The notes below the pieces were generated by a model, which saw only the letters and a list, made by a program, of their open reading frames with translations, was not told the DNA's origin and ran no database searches. The translations under genes and the position numbers were made by a program. DNA of 64,000 bases, from the NCBI RefSeq assembly GCF_964194025.1, contig NC_134472.1:64914001-64978000 (forward strand), in the 5' to 3' direction. This document shows positions 34,801-44,263 of this stretch, one piece after another (within the stretch, counting starts at the first letter, position 1; every line of letters starts with the position of its first letter). Source of the stretch: Convolutriloba macropyga. Lineage: Eukaryota.

Positions 34801-35717
34801 TTCTCGCTGTATGTGTTCTCATTGTCGTCTTGCAAAGAACCAAAACTCTGCATTTCAGCCAGTTCTAAATTCGATATATTAGTCAACAGCTTTGGTTTGA
34901 CCACTCTGTTACTAAGCGTATCAGACGGCTCAGAACTTAACTTTTCAGCTCTTACTGTTGACCATTGGTTCACATAGTTGTGGCCATTTGTATTAGTGAC
35001 GTCACTCAACAGATTATGATGCAAATGACCTTGAGCGGTGAAAATGTTTTCATGCACAGCAGCAGAATCACGATCGCAATTAAAAGAATCACGCGTGTAT
35101 TGAACTTCATTGTGATCAGCGCATGGCGGCACGTTTTCGGACACACTGGCATTTGCACTCCATACTGCGTTTTCGGTGATTGCAGCAGATTTATCGTTAT
35201 TTTCTTTTAAACTTTCAATTTGGAGATTAGAGTAATGCGGCAGAGTCGTACCCGAACCAATTTGATTTGCGTTTATAATTTCATTCGTCTGGTTACCTTC
35301 ACTTCGCGAGAAGTTCTCGGGTCTAAAAATTATCTCAGCTTCCTTACCCAGAACTTCTTGGATTGTCGCATCATTCTGACTTGTAACGATTTTTCCAAAT
35401 TTATTAGGTTCATTTACATCAACAGAGCTTAGAGATTCGTTGTGAGATTCAAAGTTTAGAGATTCGTTGTGAAAAACAATCGATGTCGCATCATTTAATG
35501 AATTGCGGTCATCGGAAGGGTCAAAAAGAGATGAAGAGTCCAATTGGTGAGAGGAGAGACCACCCGATGACGAAGTTGAAGGAGCAGTGGTTATGGTCAC
35601 CGATACGTCAGCCTCTGAATGGTCAGTATCTATTCCACTCTGATTGTCAGTAGCAATCACGTCATTGTCTTCTTTTAAAAGCTGCTTCACTTTATCAGTC
35701 CAGGCCGGTTGAACTTT
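22737..35717 (-). CDS. Giant terminal exon (12,981 nt, 4,326 aa plus stop) of a tail-anchored, KASH-like giant protein
   Basis: Uninterrupted ORF. Upstream: branch-point-like TGACTAAC (about 35760) and ccttttccttttttag, giving a phase-0 start KVQPAWTDK. Acidic S/E/D/N-rich composition. C-terminus WFRK-LLMLSMLFLTLLLLLYLL-SEDYFVSFSCLRSELFLHLEHSNERPT*. Confidence 0.93.
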   Translation of the reverse strand, partial: KVQPAWTDKVKQLLKEDNDVIATDNQSGIDTDHSEADVSVTITTAPSTSSSGGLSSHQLDSSSLFDPSDDRNSLNDATSIVFHNESLNFESHNESLSSVDVNEPNKFGKIVTSQNDATIQEVLGKEAEIIFRPENFSRSEGNQTNEIINANQIGSGTTLPHYSNLQIESLKENNDKSAAITENAVWSANASVSENVPPCADHNEVQYTRDSFNCDRDSAAVHENIFTAQGHLHHNLLSDVTNTNGHNYVNQWSTVRAEKLSSEPSDTLSNRVVKPKLLTNISNLELAEMQSFGSLQDDNENTYSENMDLEENFLSHSLADKKGTKDSEIKLFDANCDVLLGSSEMSKTEAVLHQKNIISDGKIMTVLMNDRTNIDNSTNESQEDPRKCFDSTKFGDYVAGSCNPMVKSEFVSLEEKLKRVQSRSCNRIHGSSAQEAAENGVGKMQDSTISQTDGFEFTLRRVRSNPSSIFMSASGRDSLWKDADFKSDSDVITHVLSSTDKSADGYDLSSRHLDSLNGDQRGFPVDERGKSPELSLNCGSELRQVSEQKPVEESASEKLENIWNSIAENTKESDFPSKENPTLGPEETFTSLGIVRASDSICKSEIEDGSILVKEIDAPVLKTAINSEFDQDKCSRETNVVNVCKASLVTSDLKFSKGCKFAVTCVDCCAEASHCQCFSADQDESAKEVAGDDRKLDETPENGTVIEVRPIDNPKIPIEGALVVKSSASINLPKFDASSPFCDQELFGQHSIVENGENVGSMENSCLVYDTSKLKGESQIQTAGVSPVLKSNKMDFKTAMAEVTPNVSLKFVGKSEINSNQHLKLVSNDAILSKAICNSEEGNQLNDPNSQLMKSSGPFEVTRSEIIVKEVEAAKVPPMLSVGNDGSTISVAKISATHVNPKYMTVKENEKLTIELAECSLSEGFPVQIGAGSMSNCVKNLNRVNTSEIVSAGSRPRTEGSLIVRKAERCINVPPIDQAKLLDAVTFESTDSDNLLKTMPDCATPILPILEVSDQHFCDGNVNSPGIISLDISPKILASIPYNIVPSSINPYPNTPLSQSSHSFNQPQTIDPPITFEKALQLVPNSAASPQLAVSHDPTIINTPSYEQSSKIHLSSSIESAPVDVRTPTQLSPVCSASRNSLQAGLQTFGKVVEKDFASFEKTFDKTSIDCKVASETDDTALMSSCANRIQVTNSHILVKEIDQPNTHPIITSCDPEPILSISRSETFSNDTFQLLDCIEPNVFESCQVTSNSASKVHVASEEWENWAAENVQDRGQNLVFPEVTNDCPAIQLLNETQETRHQRLNELESSTREEVSESEEQIEKRDDSNSDVAVEDEEVSETTGASSAVEPNDDASGLMHSDETRERTNLDKTSVVCDNLEPAITPAEEAVTRAPDFEVNDECVDENSNLSVNAAWFHLPENSIAHTSCPILLSSLMSAAEESSSPLEEPTSLLVKESGTGGEGQRNDTQVVAGETEQPESGNSDQKVEKSETMSDTQLPDVSELEATVHHRGIIESRIEEPRSDQLGLIEASTVQKSEQRECSDKDSDMNKDLTSHYMPVPDIVNEQKAENTELLVEDESWQSMQEKSSQEPSLTEKSNVTMSENLPYKPEDTVASNEQNVDPILSIGTETENDETLVNIVDTAWHRLHDSSLKEEAILSETAGSNEPRSSLPSDPSLQDTSVLFPTSGMGGAQIQNMNHVSEMEHQLSPVGEFDLRLCLNYGTETTLSDEKLSSEDPEIASSRDEELIDASVSIVKASWHMADNASSNDTCNLDLSPRENSSESDIPNVQPELASFPIAQKDYTVSPFDNSNEESSTATNSLNDCSETHVVVKAGNFSDSNAKEEQLFTAYKEGADINLKRESNDKPENQEKYTDAPDVTLGLEFEQDHEARGIIHDSGMPFLSESPESLTDSAIPQFFGKPAVSIPELTSFSEEESTEKFEHFVNAEWHTLPDQSTECTADLSLSAHRKEPLSNFSPSKTVSAANESDQSNLELEFTGVPIGLNDSTVSSADDSNEKTSTAKAGVVVVSDQLPTDISNKIAVDYYIEKAPDRQNVIGETHNKSSEHNDNVNLTMGEDCLSELYPTEKKLNDSCSDRVKNIDSFAHKDCHQNTLTAPVQKSKTNGSELNVSGKSEVPALGTEHRENVESLSKISNESAKTEIDRKVDGGDEIKSADQDDINLELKLDEDYREMEDEFKHARQQSKSEENSPTLSFENLAPVPFSVTTSLIPEMTSYSDEEIKEKFCASTIAEWHKVPIDEDAKITGINVTEHQIEISPDYEKDHATNRNDTEDVSQIDNENISTVDDYSEKVLHKSAVTDNLTDVNNGGESSKISSLEATENSHQKADINDEALNIEGKSDKTETKISSLNSTDEQSNAGKESLGNQNLSITSYSEKLLKQSKPELFCVPGISEQVSQNSNLSKASWHLSTENDCNFSFNESNMAESIVSNDNHFNPDFNSLNSKYDSGFFSLNTNPNDVTGEDMESGTVCIANDDSLQQTASDSSNCTKLELANKVTDDIDDSHREINNKLHNNDNRFSNISLTNLAANDDNPNDLTADVNFDNFCSNTEREKPYTSVSQSQPQTSEGLQMIASQPETTGLTPPMSIIGPNVTGGFRSPLDQIQFPVQDAFRTSFSGDADRVHHNNIGIEISSHLFEQKFVSTPPLFADAFKTGNKNATIQRLFRSEPSLVCQLEPESDLTKSAISNGRSSLSSDPLSSFIQISSLDLKGEEHKGARADSRTKGSQDFHAREIDPNLTEELSTEKESEDQAFTSEANSANMQNPDLAAVDETEKGSPKPKKMTEQIEPTTSAGETVTDVNKEDANLKGQTGSNVATVETEKDQNEERLAVPEKLIPPHDTKYSESHFADESESNVPRSQDYSNVMNFDKLKNESGVSTEPLMLKSEIQESASSDLNLVKRNRETVNKLSYMNEIDDLLTNTETPSETEEQESNHDENGSEFLSRVELDVDSKLVNEGVGESNPLFAGSCSGQLTGEEAETKEAKDNTDDFENSYEQPTKCLQDQDPAGNVVDPNSLKPVENFNINGVPEITDHAGNEIQRFDVPTDQSFNTDDPALHHSDSDHELSRFGCRKSSTKSTGDDLDEAMDYTEKGQFVDNDSPSSFGLNKEDNSSDTTKVHDDLTDDSRITVVQNQSIEDEILFQQADLVEKQARMRKGSRGAGNKVSESNEDVEMTRRSEKDGAELSYVGSVLDIDLERFDDVNTTNTNEIDFNDLETNGTCSELRVDSSQSTKTDDIMISHEAIDLVILSDASGRDAEQNHQLEIGEISEKWSDSERDACQLPTDLNSNLVAEKKRDEPNDVKHVEVSSDGRDNSDVGDEKNPAITVNLNSRNKFLDVHQSSDEVNENSSSDEIGYPNVNRSEEAEYSHELETDNLTSNLENDRTAEMNSCSSEVNSTNHPGTFEPSGESVCISEDENLPSDSVEEQGTSDLLEGPLDVKQILDYRNDCKTSEDAESGNPSDGKAGEDYEMPPRDSTATSDCDPEMETENCEGRSDSAEIISKLRLEIDKERHNPQPSENRIEDELILGDLKTRKERLTSRCSHVDDESTLATRREYESRSDVKLELKDKANNVQDVNFEPCEVEDGNADTKKLITVTDGSEIGRSQSAESGTKVLDSEGQSIPKSDEVSQNGYSESNFISLKEVNKDEESHFGDLSEARNDDGDELESAFMSAKCEIPSEPLSLDNDQSQLEETSTSENQEFVTDDDDLEPTELEEPVDPEHAVSPLDDNKSGKQPCDQLIDSYPTDADKHLATGGFFKTEQIGMDSSGDHPNNDLETDSFSVRQNAPQIKVDSHEKSTEKLNSYANLGDQNSAATARSPLDCPSSSIDTHNLESTNSGYLLEPLPSERKESPKSLDNMNDPNSLQLPDNLGTTNKLTQTSFPSITTSSSQDSFNLSDYKLNFSLPSSEVDQHHPMLSFSSTEIDDLEQGANEFDCETPAVTEQYLSIVPSFHSSPFKSSSYSAPIAYEIPLPTIKDEETKDKEDDYKIIVAETLGRSLILTAPVKPRNNALHKAAFVRSVKINNSEDLLNLENRCETRSGTQLLSATRKSEMYFEPEFGLDPNEFLETRQMSTELASSSDSSERNSVVTALKKLERQQSKRGTSRSGSSVKRRCKKSSERDPICDMIENEINNGVQSPILLRNQTPVKNSNGESGYTSESDAPSSIPPPFVRRPQNSDSDLLNRENWQRSEDPLCNQADERTCDDNLGDGRLQVSAVGIGKQNNAHSVSKSGTAEQSRTSLASRPTCSIIFHWFRKLLMLSMLFLTLLLLLYLLSEDYFVSFSCLRSELFLHLEHSNERPT

Positions 35718-36139
35718 CTAAAAAAGGAAAAGGGCTGTATATTACCTCAGGCGCACACGTTAGTCAAAACGATATAAAATAGCACCACCTATTCTGCCTA
35801 AAAAGAACACCCTAGCAGAAGAACTTAACGCGAACTTAAATTAAACATAGCCGGCAAAAGTCGGACCACTTGTCCTCGAACAACCGGCGAACGGTTGGCT
35901 TCGGTAGTAGCCAGCTGGTGCTAAGGGATGGTATAGTCAGTCCCATAGACTTGAAATATCAATGTTTTCTCCATTAGGGGGGGGGGGGGGTTAGGGTTGG
36001 GGCAGCTGCACGAAGGGGGGTTTAAATTGCCAGCTGGAGGGGTGTGGACCAGGGGGCATCGTTTTCTCAACACAGTTTCAATGAATCGCATACTTTGTTT
36101 GAGAGCAATTAAACAAATAGCCGGCAGATTGAAAGAAAC

Positions 36140-39100
36140 AAACTGCTAATTACATGTAGTTTCAAATACCAATGGAAAGAATCAGAACTCAAAAAACTAA
36201 GTAGTAGTGCAATAGTCTGTCCCTAAATACAAAATACGCAAACATGCGAAAAACGCAAAGACAATTGAGCATCAATGTGGTCATTTGAATGTCAACGTCT
36301 TTTTCCATTAAGCTTTCATTCATCAATTTTTTCTACATGTTTCAAAATTGAACTTTGAATTCTAACCTGTGGCTTTCGAAACGTTCGCTTATTTCAGTTT
36401 ATGGGGCACACAATAAAAGACTCAATTCCAGGTTGAAGGAAGAACAAGTAGTCACAATTCAATAATGTGAATAAATAAACATAGATGTCAGATTGCCGGA
36501 ATAGCTGCGAAACAGACTTGAGTATAAAAATAGAAACAGATACAGATATAAGTTGAAAAAAAGTAGGCGTTGCTCAAAAACCTATGTAACAAACATTCAG
36601 CGATATACCAACAAAACTTGTAAATATTCAATCCGCAGAAGCCGTTTTTATCAAGACCTTTATTACACATATGAGTTCCTTCGTCCTTAAACCAATTCAA
36701 ATTAAACTTAGTTTAAAGTTCAAAAGTCATTTATTTGAGGTAAGTCACGTATGACCAAAATTTATTCACGCAAACGATCTTAAAACCTTTGACATAGAGA
36801 GTGAGAAATGTCTTCACGCGCGCAAAATGCCGTTAGTGAGAGGAAGAAGTCATTCAGTAAATATGACTTTTTCAGCTTTGCTGTGTGCACAAATGTAAAA
36901 TTAAAAGAGCGTCAGACGACGAAACAAAAAAATAATCAAGAGCACCTCAATATAGCTCCGCTCAGCTAACAGCTATAAAAACAAATTAGTTAGGACGGCA
37001 ATATTTATAATTATATTTAGGAAAAATAACTAAAATTTCTATACAATTTTTTTAATATAAACTATAGACCATTGTCACACAATGTTTTCTCGAACGACAG
37101 ACGCACACTTGGCTCTAATGTAGTCGATCAGCGGCTTTAAAAGGGGCTTCACTTTATGCGCTTTTTTATTTACCTTTTTAAGTACACTCGTCAAGCAACT
37201 TGTTCAGCTGCATGAACATGTGGCTAAGAGAGTAATCTCTTGGCTGAGCAAAAAATCAAGAAAACACGCGTGAAAAACGTGACATGAAAATTCATAACAG
37301 CCAAGCAAAATTTTGCGTTAGAGGTACATACGACTACACTAAAGGAGTCATGCATACTTCGTATTAAAACTAACTTTTTGATATTACTTTGAGCAAACAG
37401 GCTGTTTTTCTGAATGTCTCCTTAGTTTACCTTTTCTTTTTCGGTCCAAATGAGCTGCTTCTCACACACTTTTTAGAACTTAAAAAATAACTTCTATTTT
37501 TAGAGGAAATTTGAAGCAATTAGAACTTAAAAAATAACTTCTATTTTTAGAGGAAATTTGAAGCAATTATTTTAAATGTATGTTAAAAGTGTGACTTTTT
37601 AAACGTAAAAATGTTTACTTGACCAATTTTGCGCAGTTGTTCTTGAACATCCTTTTTTCTCGAGTAACTTTTTCATACATGACTTTACGTGATCTAAATT
37701 ACCCTCATTCGGACATAACGTGTGTTGTTAACATAAAACCGATTGTAAGCGACGATGTACCGAAGCCGCTAAAGGTTAGTGGGTAAGGTTTCAGACTGCT
37801 TTCCGGGAGGTTGAGGGCTTGAAGCCCTCAGTGTCAATTTTCTAGCACACATAAAAATTTTGAGCTATCTCCTCTAAATGAATATTCTCCACTTGTTCAA
37901 AAGCAATTCATCCCACGTTAGTCAGTTTATTTTGTTTTGAAATAGACAATCAGTCTTTCGAAAGTAATTAAATGCTCTCGAACCAAGTTTGATTAAATCA
38001 TTGAAAAATGTCTTTTTCATGCGAAGTTCGTGCTTGCATGTTCTCTTCTTGAGCATTCTTTCCGTATCACTTCTCGAATGACTTTCTCTTCCGGCTTGAC
38101 TTCAAGCGCGCAAATGCCGTTAGTTCGCGAAGTCACTCAAAAAATTTTGACTTTCAGCTTTGTGTGAATAAACGTAAAATTCAAAAAACAGCATCAGACG
38201 ACGGAACAAAAAAATCAAGAGCAGCCCAAAATAGCTCCTTAGCTTAGAGCTATAACAAACAAATTAGTTCAGACGGCAATATTTACAGTAACATTTATGA
38301 AAAATAACTAAATTATAGAAGTCTCTTAGAAGTAATGGTAAAGGGTATTTTCACAAAACCTAAGGGTATTTTAACAAACTGCTAATTAAATGTAGTCTCA
38401 AATACCAATGGAAAGAATCAGAACTCGTAAAACTAAGTAGATGTGCAATAGTCTGTCCTAATTACAAAATACGCAAACATGCGAAAAACGCAAAGACAAT
38501 TGAGCATCAATGTGGTCATTTGAATGTCAACGTCTTTTTCCATTAAGCTTTCATTCATCAATTTTTTCCACATGTTTCAAAATTGAACTTTGAACAAACG
38601 TTCGCTTATTTCAGTCTATGGGACACACTATAAAAGACTCAATTCCAGGTTTAAGGAAGAACAAGTAGTCACAATTCAATAATGTGAATAAATAAACATA
38701 GATGTCAGATTGCCGGAATAGCTGCGAAAAAGACTTGAGTATAATTTAGATAGAAATAGATACAGATAAAAGTTGAAAAAATGTAGGCGTTCCTCAAAAA
38801 TCTATGTAACAAACATTCAGCGATATATCAACAAAACTTGTAAAAATTCAATCCGCAGAAGCCTTTTTTATCAAGACCTTTATACATATGAGTTCGTTTG
38901 TCCTTAAACTAATTCAAATTAAACTTAGTTTAAAGTTCAAAGTCATTAATTTGATGTAACTCACGCATGACCAAAATTTATTCACGCAAACGATCTTAAA
39001 ACCTTTGATATAGAGAGTGAGAAATGACTTCACGGGCGAAAATGCCGTTAGGACAATATGACTTTTTCAGCTTTGCTGTGTGCACACATGTAAAAATAAA

Positions 39101-40830
39101 AGAGCGTCAGACGACGAAACAAAAAAGCACCGCAAAATAACTCCGCTCAGCTAACAGCTATACGTGGCTGAGAGAGCGCTTTGTGCACAAATGTAAAATT
39201 GAAAGAGCGTCAGACGACGAAAAAAAAAGCACCGCAAAATAGCTCCGCTCAGCTAACAGCTATAAGTGGCTGAGAGAGTAATCTCCAGGCTGACCGAAAA
39301 ACCAAGAAAACACGAGTGAAAAACGTGACTAGTAAAGTCACAACAGCCAAGCAAAATTTTGCGTTAGAAGTACAAACGACTACAAAAAATGAGTCATGCA
39401 TACTTCGTATTAAAACTACCTTTTTGATATTACTTTGAGCAAATAAGCTGTGTTTTTCTGAATGTGTCCCTAGTTTACCATTTTTTTCAGTCCAAATGAG
39501 CTGCTTCTCACACACTTTTTACAACTTAAAAAATAACCTCTATTATTCATTTTCGAGGAAATTTGAAGCAATTACTTAATGTATGCTAAAAGTCTGACCT
39601 TTTTATGCAAAAATGTTTGCTTGAGCATATGTTCTTGAACATCCTTTTTTCTCGAGTAATTATTTCATACAAGACTTTACGTGATATAAATTACCCTTAT
39701 TCCCACATGAAGTGTGTTCTTAACACAAAAGCTATTGTAAGCGACGATGTAGCAAAGCCACTAAAAGTTAGTGGGTAAGGTTTCAGACTGCTTTCCGGGA
39801 GGTTGAGGGCTCAAATCCCTCAGAGTCAGTTTTCTTTCTAGCACATAAAAACTTTAAGCTTACAGCTATAAAATCAAATTAGTTAGGAGGGCAACATTCA
39901 CAGGTACATTTAAGAAAAATAACTCAAACAACATTATAGAAGTCTCTTGGAGATAATGGTAAATAGCATTTTTATGATAAAACCCAAGGGTATTTTTAAC
40001 TATATTTGATTGTATAACTATATTTGATTGTATAACTATTTGTTTTGACTATGTACTGTTAAACTTCTCTCAAAGAATATCTAAAAAGAGTGATATATCC
40101 TGTTCCGACTTTCTTTCTTATTAATGTAAGCAAAATTGAATGAGAGAAAGAAGAACAGTAATTTTGAGAGAGCCAAAAATCACCAAACAAATATTCACGC
40201 GAATCTTGCAATATAAACTATAGACCATTGACAGACAATGTTTTCTCGAACGACAGACGGACACTCGGCTATAACTAAGTCAATCAGCGGTGAGCGCGGT
40301 TTATTAGCGGGCAGCAGGTTTTAAAAGGGGCTTCAATTTATGCACTTTTTATTTTACTTTTTAAGTAAACTCGTCAAGCAACTTGAGTTCAGCTGCATGA
40401 AAATGTGGCTGAGAGCGTAATTTCCTGGCTGAGAGAAAAAATCAAGAAGTCACGCGTGATAAACGTGACTTGAAAAGTCACAACAGCCAAGCAAAAATTT
40501 TGCATAAGCACATACGACTACAATAATTGAGTCATACATGCTTCGTATTAAAACTAACTTCCTGATATTACTTTCGGCAAACAAGCTGCGTTTTTCTTAA
40601 TGTCTCTTTAGTTTATGTATTTTTTAAAAAATAACTTCTATTTTTAATTGTTATAGGAAATTTGAAGCAATTATTTTAAATGTATGTTAAATGTGTGTAT
40701 TATTTATGCAAAATTTTTGCTTGACCAATTTTGCGCCGTTGTTCTCGAACATCCTTTTTTCTCGAGTAATTTTTTCATACTTGACTTTACGTGATCCAAA
40801 TTGCCCTCATTCGGACATTAAGTTTGTTCT
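36140..40830. repeat. Intronic tandem duplication of a composite ~2.2-kb unit (two near-full copies plus one partial)
   Basis: AAACTGCTAATTA(C/A)ATGTAGT(T/C)TCAAATACCAATGGAAAGAATCAGAACTC at about 36141 and 38377, colinear to about 37850 and 39850. A third partial copy at 40212-40830 begins AATATAAACTATAGACCATTG (also at about 37054). Confidence 0.9.
37765..37835 (+). repeat. tRNA-derived SINE-like head (second copy at about 39760-39830)
   Basis: GGTTAGTGGGTAAGG...GGTTGAGGGCTTGAAGCCCTC has an A-box-like segment and a T-arm-like stem-loop GAGGG-n7-CCCTC. It is degenerate and not a functional tRNA. Confidence 0.5.
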
Positions 40831-42979
40831 TATTCCAAATTAATTGCTCTAGTTTATTACTCCGGAGGTCATGTGTTCAAACCCCACCTTGGGACTTTTT
40901 GCAGATTAGGTTACAGCCCCTTCTGAATTAAATCGACCCAATTCGGTTCCAAGGCAATTTGTCCGACAATTGTCGGTTTATGCTTTTAATGGAAAACAAT
41001 CAACGATACAAAAAGTAAAATGAAATGAAATGCATTAGGACAATTCCTTGCGACAAAAAAACTAGACTACTGCCAGGAGTTCTTTTTGGCTAGCGGTGAA
41101 ATACAATTGCATTCCGTAGAATATTGATAGAAACAGATGCGAAATCAGTTGATAAAATTATCAAATCATGTCATGAAATCTAACAGGCAAATTGCCAGAA
41201 AAAAGCCGCAATAGCTTCGTAGATCTGGAGTCTAAAAAGATAAAAGAAGATAGACTAAAAGAAAAATTTATTCTTTTCATTAAGGACCGAGATTTTAAAT
41301 TTTGATTAAGAATTTGTATAACTTATTGCTGTTTCTATTAGCTGCTCTTAAATACCACTAAATTTTGACCTTGTATCTTAATTAATAAAGTAAAGAATTA
41401 AGAATTAAAGTAAAGAAACGTCAATTTTAGAGTGAGGAACTCATTTTTGAGAGTCAGGTAAATCACGTGTGACCAAAAATGACGCCACGCACGCAATTCA
41501 GTTAAAATTGCATGAACAAATGAACAAAAAGCAGATTTGAAGTGATTGTGATCGTCATATGATCGTAACAAAAATCTTGACGAAATAAAAAAAAAACATC
41601 GCAGGACAAGTCCTGACGTACAATTCAAAGAGTTTTCATTGAATAAACAAAGAAAACTAGACCTAGAAGGGACTATGAGTGAATTGGAAAAATCTGATTA
41701 AAAAAACAGAAAATCAATGTCAAAACGCCGCATGTGAACAAAAAACCACTAGCGAGAAAAGGAAATTTGGTTCAAACAAAAAACTAGGCCTAGAATGAAC
41801 TATGAATGGATTGGGAAAGCAATTTAGAAAAAAATCCAATCCAAAAAATCGAAAAAAACAGTAAAAAACAAGGTGAAATTGCCGCGTGTGAAAAAAAAAC
41901 CAGTAGCGAGAAAGCGAATTTTTCAAACAACGTTTTCTCACTACTTTAAAACTAGAACGAAAAAATTTTCAGGCCGCAAAACCACTCGTTTTTTTGCTCC
42001 ACTTCCTGTTTCGGCGTGACCAAAATCACTACTCCTATTTGGCCCCAAAAATGAAAATGTGTGAACAGATCTTAAAAAAAGACTGTGCCCCAATACAATT
42101 CAAATCCTTTGTAAATTGTAAAAAACAATAGAAGGCCAATAATAGCCTCAACTAGGGCTTCCCGGCTGTTAAAAAAAACTTTCTGCGGTAAATTGATCTT
42201 GCTCATTTAAGTTTATTCTAGATACACCTTTTAGGAACCTACATAAGTTCTAATTAAACTAACTTTAATCAAACTTTTAAAGCGGAAAAGTCATTTTGTT
42301 GAGTGATTTGAGTCACCATTTTGAAAAATTAACATCCAACCAAGCAAATGAGCTTGAGATTCTTACCCGCAAATGAAACGTTTTCAAAACTCGTTTTACA
42401 ATTCATTCAAAAGATGAAACCATAAAAACAGAAGTTTGACCCTTTTTTTACAATTTACAGAAATCGTTCATCATTTCAAACTTTTTAAGCCAGTCTCAAC
42501 TAACGTGTTTTTGTTACAAAGAAATTTAATCAGCATACTGACATACACTTAATAGATTGCATTGATAATAAAAGATGTCATGAGATACCCGCCGAAAATG
42601 TCAGAAAAAAAGAACATATCTTCCAGTTTCTTCTTAAAATTTGTACGCTTGATACAAAATCAACATTCTCTCGGTTGTTGACTTTCAATTAAAAGTTGAA
42701 CATACGGAAATTGAAGACCACATTACCTTTGAAACACCCAGTTAAATTTAGATGAAATGGTTTCAGTCAAAATAACACTTGCCGCACACAATCAAGCTCT
42801 TGTGAATGCAATTCTAATAATTGAAAAACAGCCGGCAGATAGCAAGATTCTCAATGAAGAGAATGACACCGAATGTTATTTATTAAAAATATTTTTGCTA
42901 ATAATTATTGATGTCTATAACTGAATAACTGATTTGGACTTGTGTACTGTAAAGCTATCCAACCCCTCAAGGGGATTAC

Positions 42980-43051
42980 CTGGTCCTCAGTTGACCTCAA
43001 CGCTTCCACACTTCGATGAAAATCAACTTGAGAGAAAAAATCATTTTGGGA
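42980..43051 (-). CDS. 72-nt symmetric (phase 0-0) exon of the giant KASH-like gene
   Basis: ttacttcag|TCC...CAG|gtaatc, encoding SQNDFFSQVDFHRSVEALRSTEDQ. Frame-compatible with both neighbouring exons. Confidence 0.6.
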
Positions 43052-43509
43052 CTGAAGTAAGTCACGCGTGACCAAACAGGTATTCACGTGGGTGAACGAC
43101 AACTTATTCCAATAGGTGAGAAAAAAGGATGTCACGCATGCAAATCAGGCAAGAAAAAGCACGACGAAACAAAGGCTGAGCGAGCGGTGACATCTTAGTC
43201 GTCACTAAAGTCTCGAGGGCAAAAGTCTTGTTTTGCACATCCAACATTTGACACCTAAGTTAAATTACAAAACCAATTTTCTTTGACTATAAAGATTTAT
43301 CAGTTTCTAGAAACGGGAAGGCATATATTCATTTGCATAATTTGATTCGTTTATTGTTTAGTAGCTGAAATAACTGGAGCTATTATTGGCTTTCTTTTAG
43401 TCTTTTCAAATGAGGTCACTATTTTTTTTTAAAAAAAGACTAAAGTCAATCAAAGCTCAGTTCTGCTATCACAGATATTGATAAAACTGTAATTTTCTAA
43501 GATACTCAC

Positions 43510-43970
43510 TTTATCAAAATCTGATTTGTACACCGTCAAATTGTTCGTAGATTTTGGTCCTGATTTCGCAACAGACAAAGTCTTTTTCAGACGCTGTAGA
43601 ATTGACGTATGTGATATTTTCGTGGTCTTTGATTCTTTCTTGATTTGTGACTTCGCTCTGCTCCCTCGAACAGAAGAACTAATGACATTCTCAGCAGATG
43701 AAGAAAACACACGGTTCTTGTCTCGCGTTTGAGCAACAAAATCATGCCTCGACTCGGGCAAAAATCTGTGACTGCCTTTTCGTGACGTCATTATCACCAA
43801 CAGCTCACTGTCGGAATAACAAGTATCTTCATATTTTAGCTCACTGTGATCTTTGTGTAATTCTCTGCACTCGTCATTTTTCAACTGCAAATTGAAGTTG
43901 CCGACGGTGTTTTGAGACGAGTTGAAACACCTCTGAGAATCAAGTTCAATGCCACCACTTAGCGCAGCTT
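43510..43970 (-). CDS. Internal exon (461 nt) of the giant KASH-like gene
   Basis: Acceptor ccgtttag|AA is phase 1, matching the upstream donor G|gttagt. Open reading EAALSGGIELDSQRC...YKSDFDK. Donor AAA|gtgagt is phase 0. Confidence 0.8.
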
Positions 43971-44263
43971 CTAAACGGTGCGATCAATTCAAACTCTATC
44001 AAGACTCAAAACGTGAAAAAAACCCGTTTACACTACTCAAACGAGCTAATTTAAACAAGATAGGACTGGAATTATAAACAAAACCGTCGCGATCGTTTAG
44101 AGTCACTCAAATCATAGTAGCTCATACAAGAGTTAAGAGAAAAAATACAACAGCTACTGCATACAGCCTAAGATTGAATGTGCCGTAAAAGCTGAAAGAA
44201 AAATGTTATCATCTAGATCCCAAAAAAACTTTTGTCGTTCGGTCGTTCGTTGCCAAAACTAAC

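Noticed and set aside
24005-35432. Many 60-145-aa plus-strand ORFs opposite the giant exon (also 45016-47034)
   Set aside because: Expected antisense shadows of a long coding frame, with no motifs or splice support.
22737-35717. Naming the giant gene as a SYNE1/2, Msp300, ANC-1, titin or mucin orthologue
   Set aside because: No CH, spectrin, Ig/Fn3, signal peptide or PTS repeats are visible. Only the tail resembles KASH, so no symbol is given.
35718-35797. 28-nt mini-intron (gtaata...tttag) with a 52-nt exon just before the giant exon
   Set aside because: The required frame has a TGA, and the segment holds the likely branch point (TGACTAAC) of the long intron.
37765-37845. Functional tRNA gene, or a Helitron 3' end (hairpin plus CTAG)
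   Set aside because: Acceptor stem and T-loop are degenerate. The hairpin is better explained as a tRNA T-arm, and CTAG is followed by C rather than T.
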